The notes beneath the pieces are model-generated. The model saw nothing but the letters and a program-made list of their open reading frames with translations, ran no database searches and had not been told where the DNA came from. The translations under genes were made by a program, and so were the position numbers. A DNA stretch of 63,832 nucleotides, the filler included, from Reclinomonas americana ATCC 50394 (lineage: Eukaryota): NCBI GenBank assembly GCA_048213135.1. It is 6 parts of 3 records of this genome, joined end to end, with 100 filler letters (N's around TTAATTAATTAA, not from the genome) between each part and the next. Parts side by side here need not be neighbours in the genome. Positions count along the whole stretch, not along the records: positions 1 to 23,335 come from PS015571.1; 5 more parts are not named here. The stretch is one strand, 5' to 3'. This document shows, in pieces, positions 11,701-22,247 of the stretch (its first letter is position 1; every line of letters begins with the position of its first letter).

Positions 11701-12814
11701 TCGTCTTTACAGTGCGTGTTTTCGTTCAGTGGCTGACGACTCCTGTCGCGTGAGGCAGGTCTTCAAACTCGTTGATGTGCGCGAGTTTGCTCTCGCCGAC
11801 GGTGTGGCAGGGCTGACAGACGACCCGCGAGTGGCGCGCGACATTTCCACCGGGCACACCAATGTGGTGGTGACTGCCGTGCTGCGACACATTCAGTCAG
11901 CGCAGGCGGTGATGGTGTGCTGCGCGCAACTGACCAGCGGACAGCGCGGCCGGTATCCTGCCATTCAGTTGCGACAAGTTGAGTTGCTCTGCACCTCCGT
12001 CCTCTTGACTGTGAGTCGGCCGCGGCAACTGAAAGCCACTCCCTGCAGCTGGTGGCTTTGGTTCGTCACATTGTAGAGTTCCGCGAGGCGTGTCAAATGA
12101 GCGACAAGCCGTTGATACTGGCCGGCGATTTCAATCTGCTGCCAGACTCGCCCGGCTATCGGTACCTGGTGGGTGGCCATCTGTCAAGCAGCGATCCCGT
12201 GTTTCGGTGAGTGGCCGAACATGACTCGTCTCGTAGCGGTGTGTTGCTGACGTGGTGGTTGTGTCGTTCAGTGAGGCCGCAGAACTGCCGGGCTCCACTT
12301 CACCGCTTGCCATCAGCAGCCGCCACGACTTGCATTTCGAGAGCGCATACAAGCACATGCTGGGCGGGCACGAACTTGCTGTGACGCATCGCGCTGAATC
12401 GTTTGCCGGCTGCATCGAGTTGCGGCAGCGTGCCGGCATTGCCAGAAGAGCTCCTGTTTCTCACACTCGCGCATGCGCAGCTACATTCTGTTTGCACGCA
12501 ATTGCGGTCTGCGAGTGGCTGGCGTTCTCGACACGTTCCGTGCTGTGGAGAAAGACGAGGTTGTCGTGTGGCCGAGTCGCCGTGTGGCCTCGGATCATCT
12601 GCCGCTGATGGCCAAGTTCATCTTCGAGGGCGTCTCGCGCAGTGCGCGTCGCAGCAGCAGTGGCGCCATTGACACTGCCGCAGGCGGCAGGCGTCCGTCG
12701 GCCACGGCGATAACGACAACCACAACCACGACGACGACGACGACGACGACGGCAACGCCAGCGGTAACCGCTACGGCAGCGGCGTCAACGGCAACAGCAG
12801 TGACGCGCCGCTAA
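8775..12814 (+). CDS. Multi-exon protein: tandem La-motif-like repeats + C-terminal CCR4/Angel/PDE12-type EEP nuclease (paralog 2)
   Basis: Starts MGACCGG, with intron 8856-8916 in phase 0. EEP motifs: FSVMSWNILAD, PDILCLQEVQ, LAGDFNLLP, IDYILF, ASDHLPLMAKF. La-like repeats include LRSQVQSWFDESFLLSN..RESDGSIKLRDLLKLYPLKEWL..DPLDTLSTALQRSRVLQV..RVCRR. Confidence 0.8.
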
Positions 12815-12827
12815 GCAGCAGTTGGCC

Positions 12828-14952
12828 TCAGCTGTGCGGGCGACGATTCCGAGCGCGGTAGTCGAGCACGTAGAACGAGCCCAGCATCACCGACGACACG
12901 ATACCGGAGGTGAGGAACACGAGGAAGAGCACGCCAAAGCCGTGCGTGTCGGCCAGCTCGCCGCCGAACACATCGAAAATCATGGCAGCGCCGTAACCGA
13001 ACTGCCAACGAAATGAATACGACCAAGAAGGAGAGAAGAGGGGGGCGGTTAGGGAACCCCACGCACCGCATCGAGCAAGCCGACCAAGGCACCGACATCA
13101 GTGGGTATCGCCTGGCACGAGTACACACTCATGGCAATGTAGTAGGGCGCCGCTGTGGCATTCGTGAGTTGGTGGAGGGGAGGCGTACAAGCACAACTCC
13201 ACCCTCACGCACTCACCCACAGAGAAGCCGTACAGGAAGATGAGAACGACGGCGAATGCGGTGGAGACCGGAAAGGCCCACAGACACGCCGAGACGAGAC
13301 AGTTGAACACCATGTTGATGGTGATCAAGATGTAGCCGCCACGCTGCGACAGACGATCCATGATGAAGCCGATGAGCAGCACCGAGGCACCGGCGCCCGC
13401 AGGAAACGCTGCACCGATGTAACAATGAGGAGGATGCACAGAATGAAGGGTGTCAGCATGGACGACGCACCGGCGGCATAGGTAGCCGCGGCTGGCTTGT
13501 CGACATCGAAATTGGCTGCGCGCATGCACGTGAGCGAAACAGCGACAAGCGACGAGTATCAGGCCATACCAACGCACCAACAAGATACGAAGCAATGTAC
13601 TGCTCTCGACGACAACGCTGCGGTGTAAGCAACAATCGCATTCATGCACACAACCAATCACCAAACCGACACACCGATTCAAACTCAAAGACAATGGTGC
13701 AGGCCGCCATGAAGAAACCTGCACGCACGCAGTCATTCTTCTCATCCATCCATCCATCCATCCACTCATTAACATGATTGATCGATCGTACCCATCAACC
13801 AGAATCGCGGCTCCTTGGCAAAGCGCACCACCTTGCTCTCGCAAAAGGCGTCCCACCGACTGCGAGGCTGTGCGTCGGACGGCGACTTGGAACCGGTGGG
13901 CGTCGTGGAGACATCGCTGCTCTCGTCAGTCTGCTGCAGTTCGTCTCTGGCCAGCACACCGACCGTCTGCATCTCCACCTCCTGCTGATCGGTGCCGCCG
14001 CCAGCACCAAGCCGTGCCTCCTCTGCGAGCCGTGCCTCTGCCACAGGCGACGGAACAAAGCCGGCCTTCTCCGGTCTATCACGCAGGAAGAGGAACAAGA
14101 CGACAGAGACCACTGCCAGCATCGCCGAGGCGAGAAAGCACAACTGCGAAAGGGGGGGGGGGGGGTGGAAATTCGAAGGTGAGCCGAGCAGGCACATACA
14201 TGCCACTCCACAGGAACACGTACGCAACAGTCCGCCACCCCAGTCCAAACGCATACAACAGCGCGCCGACGCCAACACCCGACAGCACCGCGCCCAGCCG
14301 CGACGACGTCGAATAGAGTCCCCACACCTTGCCGTAGCTCGAGGGAAAGATCCACGCCTGTGTGTGCTTGGCCAGGCCCGGCCACCCAGCCGCCGAGCAC
14401 ATGCGGAACGCCAGCCACGCGATCACAAACAGCGGCAGCGACGGCGACAAGCCAAACAGCAGAATGGCCAGACACGGCCCGACGACACTCGTCATTGTGG
14501 CAAACTGGCGCGTCTCATCATGAGAGCAATCCCGCGCGCACAGATGCACCCACACAGACCTTGCCACCGGTGCAATCAGAGACAAAGCCGAGCAGGATCT
14601 TGCCCGTGAGCACACCCGCATTGCCGGCAGCAAGCATCCGACCGGCCTCCGTCAACCCAAATGGCTGCAGATGCGCAACTACCTATCAGCACCCACACTG
14701 CATCTTCTCCCGCAATCCACAACGCACTTGAATCGATGGATCATCGTACATGGTCGGCAGCAGCACAAACACCGATCCGCGCGCGAAACTCATTCTGCAT
14801 TCTCTGTGAGTCACTTTGATGCAAGAGCACACACACACACTCACAAAAGAGAAACGCAACGTTGCGTATCCAATGTACAGCAAGACCACGACAAGCACCT
14901 GCCATTGCCGAAAGCGCGGAGGCAGTGGCGGTCGCGTTGCCTCGTTGTCCAT
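12828..14952 (-). CDS. MFS transporter, organophosphate:Pi antiporter (GlpT/UhpC/SLC37-like) family
   Basis: LLYIGYATMSFARGSV in TM1, AAGWPGLAKHTQAWIFPSSYGKVWGLYSTSSRLG, FLRDRPEKAGF, GFIMDRL, and many hydrophobic segments across exons. Confidence 0.8.
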
Positions 14953-15025
14953 GTGAAATAAAAGTGACGTCATTGTCCTCGTTTGTCATGCATCACTCAC
15001 ACGATTACAAAAAAACTGAGGAGAA
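14953..15025. promoter_or_regulatory. Compact bidirectional promoter (MFS / Rab7)
   Basis: 73 bp between divergent ATGs. Contains the palindrome TGACGTCA (14965-14972) and TCACT motifs on both strands. Confidence 0.55.
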
Positions 15026-16777
15026 ATGGCGTCGCGACAAAAGGGTTTGTTCTTTGCTGCTCCAACTCTCGCACTTTCTCGCTCTCTCTGCACATGTGTT
15101 TCGCCTGCGCTCGAGTGTTTTTCCTTGTTTTCTTTGCTGACACTTTTTTTTTGTTGCACTCTTTGCTATTTCTTTGCTCGGTTCTTGCTATTCTTGCCTC
15201 TTGTTTGGCACTGACCCCTGCTGATAATAACTTTTCAAACTTACCTTTTGTGTTTGCATGAGCGCAGTGCTGCTGAAGATCATCATTCTGGGGTGAGTGG
15301 CTTTGTGTGTGAGAGTGTGTGTGTGCAGAAGTGTAGAACATCTCGCTTGAGCCCCGACTCACTTTTCGTGCGCGCGTGATGTTTTTTTTCGTCTTCTCAC
15401 TTTCCGGTGTGTGTGTGTATGTGTGCTTGCCCATGTGCGCAGTGACTCGGGGTGAGTGCGGGCAAGTTGACGGCGGAGTGTGTGTGTGTGTACATCGCGT
15501 CATGTCGGTTCTCACAACAACGCATTGTGTGTGTGTGTTTGTTTGTGCGCGCTCCTCCTCCTCGTCTACGTTGGTGGCTTCCGCGTGTAGTGTCGGCAAG
15601 ACCTCGTTGATGAACCAGTTGCGTTCGAGTGTGTGTGTGGAGTTGCACATGTCGAGAACATCGCGCACGCAAACACACATACACACGCGCGTGTGTGTGT
15701 TTGTCACTGTGTTGTTGTGCGCAACTCTCTCTGTTTGGTGTCTGCGTGCGCNNNNNNNNNNNNNNNNNNNNGTCGTCTCTTGTGGGTGTCGCGTGTCAAC
15801 AATGTATATGTGTGTGAGCTCTGACTGATTTTTCCGCTTCTCTCTCTCTCGCTCACTCTCTCCTCCCTCCCTCCTCTCTCTCTCTCTCTCGTGCAGGTAT
15901 GTGAACCGCAAGTTCTCCAACCAGTACAAGGTGTGTGTATGTTCACACACATCTCGTCATTGTTGTCAGCCGTGACTGAAGAATACTCTGTCGTCCGCAG
16001 GCAACAATCGGTGCCGACTTCCTCACGAAGGAGGGTGGGTAGCAGCAGAATAGCACGCGGGCGAGAATCACACCTGGAAGCTGATTGGATGATGATGTGT
16101 TTGTTGTGTACAGTGACACTCGACGATCGCATTGTGACGATGCAGGTCTGTTGGGAGATGATTGTGTTTTTCGATGGTGGCACGGCGGCTGATTGATGCT
16201 GGTGGCTTGAGTAGATCTGGGATACTGCAGGACAGGAGCGCTTCCAGTCGCTGGGCGTGGCTTTCTACCGCGGCGCCGACTCGTGCGTATTGGTGTTTGA
16301 CGTGAACGTGGCCAAGACGTTTGAGAACTTGGAGAGCTGGCGCGACGAGTTCCTCATCCAGGTGAGAGCTCTCTCCTCTGTTGCGCACCATTGGTTTGAT
16401 GCTCACTCTGCTTTGGCGCCTCACAGGCCGGCCCGTCGGACCCGGAGAACTTCCCCTTCGTGGTCATCGGCAACAAGGTCGACAAGGACGAGCGCATGGT
16501 CACCCAGAAGCGCGCGCTGTCGTGGTGCCAGTCCAAGGGCGACATCCCATTCTTTGAGTGCTCAGCCAAGGACGCTCTGAACGTGGACAAGGCGTTCGAG
16601 TGCGTCGCACGCAACGCCCTCAAGCACGAGGATCGTTCAGAAGTGTTGCGTACTCCCTTATGCAGAGGCAGGATGTGAGGGGGTTTTTTGGTCTCACTCT
16701 TGCGGTGCAGCTACGTGCCTGACCCCGTGGACTTTGAGCATGGCGACGAGGCCACCAAGAAGAAGGGTTGCTGCTAA
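15026..16777 (+). CDS. RAB7: Rab7 small GTPase (10 exons)
   Basis: Spliced [92 protein letters not shown]. Confidence 0.96.
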
Positions 16778-17415
16778 GGTGGATCGCGCTCTTCTTCGTT
16801 GCATCTTTGGTTTTTTTGTGTCGCGGCGCGCCTCGGGTTTCGTCTTCCAGAATCGTTTCACTCTGTCCCTGTCGTCTCCATTATATACTTTGGTACTTGT
16901 GTGTGGATATCGCCGAGAGGGGGATCGGGAGGGGGGAGGGGAGAGGGGGAGCCGACAGGAATAGCTTGCTGGCGGTAACGGTCTGAGTGTCGGGGGTCTC
17001 GGCTATTTTTTCCAGGCATGTATTCTCGGATGTCGCGGCGGGAAATAGAACGTCCACGTGTGTGTTGCCAACCATGAGCAGTTCACTCATTGCCTGCTCT
17101 CGTCAAAATCGCTCGGCATCATCCACGCACGAAACGCCTTCGCCGAGCCGGTCAGCCGCTCAACTATCTATGTCTCTGTCTCATCTGACTGCTCGCTGTC
17201 ATTCACTAACTCACTCTCTTACTCACTGGCGCGCTCTCTCACTCCTGTTCTGCTATTTTTTCAACTAGGGGGGAAACGTAAAGAAGACTCAAGGAAAAAA
17301 AGGGGGAAAACCAAACAAATGGCACAACATACAAACACACACATGCACACGCACACAACAGATCTACACACACACACACAAGGTCGCCGCCCTCACATTT
17401 TGCCCGCTCGCTCGC

Positions 17416-20400
17416 TCACATGCCGTACTCGGACTGGAGCACCTGTCGCAGCCTCTCCGGGAAGTCAGCGCCGTGGACGTAGCCGTCCCACGCATCCTGG
17501 CCACCCATGAGCTCCTTGTATCCTGCTCACCGCAGTGAGTACATTGGAACACCACCCCATTGTGCTGTGCGCGTACGTATCACGCAACGATTGAGAATGT
17601 GCGCCATCATATCCTTCAGGTGCGGATCGAGCCGGTTGGGTCTCCACGAGCAAAACGCCGAGCACAGGTACGGGAACGAGTCCCACATCAAGTCGGGATC
17701 AACCACCACCACATGACAGAGGCCCTCAAAGGCCTCCTTCTTCTCGTCGTTGTCGGCAGCACCGCGCAGCACCACCAGCCATTGGATGGCAATCTGCTTC
17801 AGGTACGGCAGAATGATCTCTGGCGAGAATTTGCCAATGCGGCCGAGACACACGGCTGTGGTCTCCAGAATACCACGGCCCATGTTCTCCGTCGTCAACG
17901 TCTCCACACACTTCAGCGCCAATTGCGGGAAGAATGTCGCCATCTCCAGGCCTGTCGAAACGAGTCGTGAGAACGCTGGTCGGCGAGAGAGAGGGTGGAG
18001 TGCGCTCACCGAGTTTGGAGACGATTTCACCAAGCGCCCAGATGGCATTGTTGCACACATTGACATACACAATGTACGGATGAACTGCGTCGATGAGGAG
18101 CGGTACAACCTCGCCGAGGTGCGGCTGCAGGTGCGGCATGCAGTGCTTGGCCAACTCGCCAATGAGTGCAAATGCTGATTGCCGGATGGCCGGCACCGCG
18201 TCCTGTACTCCCCCGTGTGTTTAGAGGCGCTCGAGAAGGCAGGAACTCCCAAGTGTGACCTGCATACCTTCATGCACTCGAACGCCAACGGCAGCAGATT
18301 CGACTGTGGTACTAGACTCTCGAAGCTGGCCCCCAGACCCTCCGCCATGCCCGTCATCAGATCCAGCGAGCACACAACAAAGTTGCGGTCCAGCTGGTCC
18401 TCGCCAGTCATCTCCGCCATCTGCACGCAGCAACAATGAGCCANNNNNNNNNNNNNNNNNNNNNNNNNNNNNNNNNNNNNNNNNNNNNNNNNNNNNNNNN
18501 NNNNNNNNNNNNNNNNNNNNNNNNNNNNNNNNNNNNNNNNNNNNNNNNNNNNNNNNNNNNNNNNNNNNNNNNNNNNNNNNNNNNNNNNNNNNNNNNNNNN
18601 NNNNNNNNNNNNNNNNNNNNNNNNNNNNNNNNNNNNNNNNNNNNNNNNNNNNNNNNNNNNNNNNNNNNNNNNNNNNNNNNNNNNNNNNNNNNNNNNNNNN
18701 NNNNNNNNNNNNNNNNNNNNNNNNNNNNNNNNNNNNNNNNNNNNNNNNNNNNNNNNNNNNNNNNNNNNNNNNNNNNNNNNNNNNNNNNNNNNNNNNNNNN
18801 NNNNNNNNNNNNNNNNNNNNNNNNNNNNNNNNNNNNNNNNNNNNNNNNNNNNNNNNNNNNNNNNNNNNNNNNNNNNNNNNNNNNNNNNNNNNNNNNNNNN
18901 NNNNNNNNNNNNNNNNNNNNNNNNNNNNNNNNNNNNNNNNNNNNNNNNNNNNNNNNNNNNNNNNNNNNNNNNNNNNNNNNNNNNNNNNNNNNNNNNNNNN
19001 NNNNNNNNNNCACACACACTGACGGAAATGAATCCATAGAGATCATTCACGCAACTGCTCTCTGGTGCAACGTGCTCTCCACAATGCGGATACACCGCTC
19101 GAAAATCGACGGAATGTACTCGGCAAAGGCCTGACCCAGTGCGGCTGAAATGGACGTCAGACACTCCAACAGAGGAATGAGACCGCGGTCCGTGTCACTG
19201 AGAATCGACCACTGCGCACACATATGAGAGGCGAGCGTGTTGTAGAAAGCCACTCCTTCACCACCCACCCTGTGTGTCAGCGGCGACAGCAGCAGCTCAA
19301 AGTGCTCCGGTCGTGCCAGCTCCTCCTTCACTTGTTCGGCGAGCACACCGATTGCGTCGTACAGGACCATCAAGTTGCGCTCCTGGTAGTGCTCAAAGGC
19401 ACTGACCAACACCTCCAGAATATTGTGCAGGTACGGTGTCAACTCACGCCCGGCATCCTCCTCCAGGGCGGCGAGCGCCGAACACGCTGCTTTTTGTACC
19501 TGCAGTGCGTACGTGAGCACCACCGATCAGTGAAACCGTCAAAGGTCGGCGGCTTGCCAGACTCACATTTTTCTTCGGGTCGCACACCGCGGTAAGCAAC
19601 GCGCGCAAGCACGGCTCAAAGTAGGTTTCTGGTGGATAGTTGGCATTCACCACCCATGAAGTGTACCGGCTCAGCGTCCAGCATGAGATGGCACGGACAA
19701 GCGACTGCGCAGATGAATTGTCTTCCAGTCAGCACCCACTTGACTCCGCGCAACATCACGCAAGGACAACGCAACGACTGGATCAGAAATCGCAGCCACC
19801 AACATCGGCACAATGTCGGGCAGGTAGCCCTCCATGGCCTCGAAGCACCCGTCGGCAATGGCACCGAGAGCTAGTGTGGCTCTGATGACGGCACGGGAAT
19901 GTGAGCCACTACCACTCACCAATGACGAGGAAGCTGACGATGACGGACGCAACGCTTCACGAATGTGCCACGGATTCTCCGCCACCAACCGATTGGCCAG
20001 TTGTGGAACGAGTGCCGGCAGAATGGTGGGTCTGTCGGGAGAGTCAGTGGTTCCAATCATCATCACCACCATCGCATCTCCAGTGCAGCTCACCCGAACG
20101 CATTGGGCCCCGACAAAATGTCCAGAGCGTACGCTGCACACTTGCGCGCGGTCCACTCTGATGGATCTGCATAGTCGCCCGAATCGGCGTTGTCGGCACC
20201 TGAGCCACCATGACCTGTCGCGCGTGCCGAACGACGATGAGGAACGAGCACACTAAGAGGGCACATAGTGAGTGAGGCACGATTGGTGGTACCTGAAGCC
20301 TTGGCTTCGTGATGGTACAACGCCGGGTTGATGTTCTCGGGCTTGTCGGGAACATTGGAGTCCTCCTCCGATGCAAACGTCACCACATCCTCAGTGTGGA

Positions 20401-21836
20401 TCATGCGGTTCAATAGCGTCTCACACACTCTGCCGTGGAGAGATGGGCGTGTGAGTTCTCCAGCTACTCGTCCCACGAATGGGGGGAGAAGCGACACCCC
20501 GCAACTTCTCCAGGTGCGGCGAGAGAGCCTCGATGCACAGCGATGACTCGGCAATCGCCACCCAGAATTCGGTGGCATCCACCGCCACCTCCTCGTCGTC
20601 GTGCAGCGTGTTTGCCATAATGAATTCGATGATTGTGTTGATGAATGGCATGATGTACTGTGCGTGCTCGACCAAGGCCATGAAGCAGCTGCATACCTGT
20701 GCAATAGAATGAGCGCGTGCAGAACCACCTACGCAGAGGGCAGAACAACGAACCCTGCGCTTCACACGGTGCTCGTCGTCGCTGCACAGCAGGAAGAGTC
20801 CTTGCAAGAACGAGTCCATGTTGGCCACCAGCGCAGCCGGCATCACGGGCACAAAGTGCGTGATGCACCCGAGCGCCATTGACCGCACTTCAGAGTCACC
20901 GTGCGCCAACAGGTCCACCAGCTTCGGGATGATGGAGTTGATTGGACGACCATAGTCCTGCACGCACGCACACCATCACGTCAATGACGACACAAGATGA
21001 AAAGAGCATGCAGTGGGGGACGCACATCAGAGATCAGCGCCCGTCCATGATCCTCGCAGATCTGGTACAGCGCAGTGGTGGCTCCATGCACCGCGCACGG
21101 ATCGCCCGACTCCACCGCACTCAGCAGGAACTCGATGAGATGCGGGAACGAGCGGAGAGTGCCTGCAGCAGCGCTTGCATCAGCCACCACGACGAATGCG
21201 ACTGGTAGAACACACCCACACACCCACACAGACCTTTGCCGACAAGCATGGTGAGGCACAGCGCAATGGTTCTCCGCACCAGCTTCTCTCCATCGTTGAT
21301 ATTCTCACACAGCAGCGTGTACACATGCTCAATCACACTCGGGTCCAAGTTCTCATAGTGCTGGCGAATGTTGTTCTTCAGCTGAATGCCCGCTTGCTGC
21401 AGCAGTGCCAATCGAGTGTGTGTTTGTGTCAGACAGAAAGGAGGAGGGGGTTTCTGTTGTTGGGAGGCAATGATGAGATTACCTGTCGCACTCGTCGATC
21501 GGCCTCCTTCAGTGCGCAGAAGATGTAGCACAGATAGTTGTTGTAGTCGGGCACACAGGCATTGAAGGACTCCAGTTGCTGTGTGAGTGAGAGCGAGAAT
21601 GAGGAGCGTGAATGAGGACAACAGTGAATTCGTGGTTGACAATGCACTCAGTTGCGCAATGTGCATGTGTGAGTGTGAGTGTGTGAGAGAGTGTGCGCGC
21701 GTGAGTGTGTGTGTATGAGAGAGAGAGTGCGACCGTTGGACATGTTGGTGACAACACAAAGTCGAACATCTCTCGCACGCCTCACACACACTCTCTGTTC
21801 TCTTCTCTCTCACTCACTCTTGTGGTTCCACACACG

Positions 21837-21879
<43 letters not shown>

Positions 21880-22008
21880 ACACGCACACACATGTGAATG
21901 ACTGACCTCGCGCACAGTGTTTTGCACATCAGTGTCGCCAATAATAGTCTGCTCCAGCATGCCAAGGAGGTCGCGCAGACCTTGCTCGGACGGTAGCCAG
22001 GCAGTCAT
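17416..22008 (-). CDS. TNPO1: Transportin-1 / karyopherin beta-2 (interrupted by N gap 18444-19010)
   Basis: MTAWLPSEQGL, PDYNNYLCYIF, AGIQLKNN, ALYQICED, EFWVAIAE, SEWTARKCAAYALDIL, ALGAIADGC, VQKAACSALAALEEDA, NLMVLYDAIGVLAE, VCNNAIWALGEI. Confidence 0.93.
21841..21876 (+). repeat. (CT)n microsatellite, representative of the many intronic CT/GA and GT/CA tracts
   Basis: Directly visible dinucleotide run. Similar tracts flank most assembly gaps. Confidence 0.9.
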
Positions 22009-22247
22009 TTGAACACACTACGCAAACTCTGGTGACCCGCCTCGGAAGACAACTTGGTCGCAGCGGGACGGACGGACATTGTGCTTCATTTGCAAGACAC
22101 GTCGCTAGCAGGCAGCAGCAGCAGCAGCAGAAGGAGAAGGAGATGTACACATACAGACAAGAGAAGGGATGCACACACACATACAGATAATACGATACGA
22201 CGCTGAGCAGAGGATGCGAAGACAGAGCGATACAAGAAAAAACATGA

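Noticed and set aside
12713..12751. (ACG/ACC)n trinucleotide run
   Set aside because: A simple coding microsatellite giving a poly-Thr low-complexity tail.
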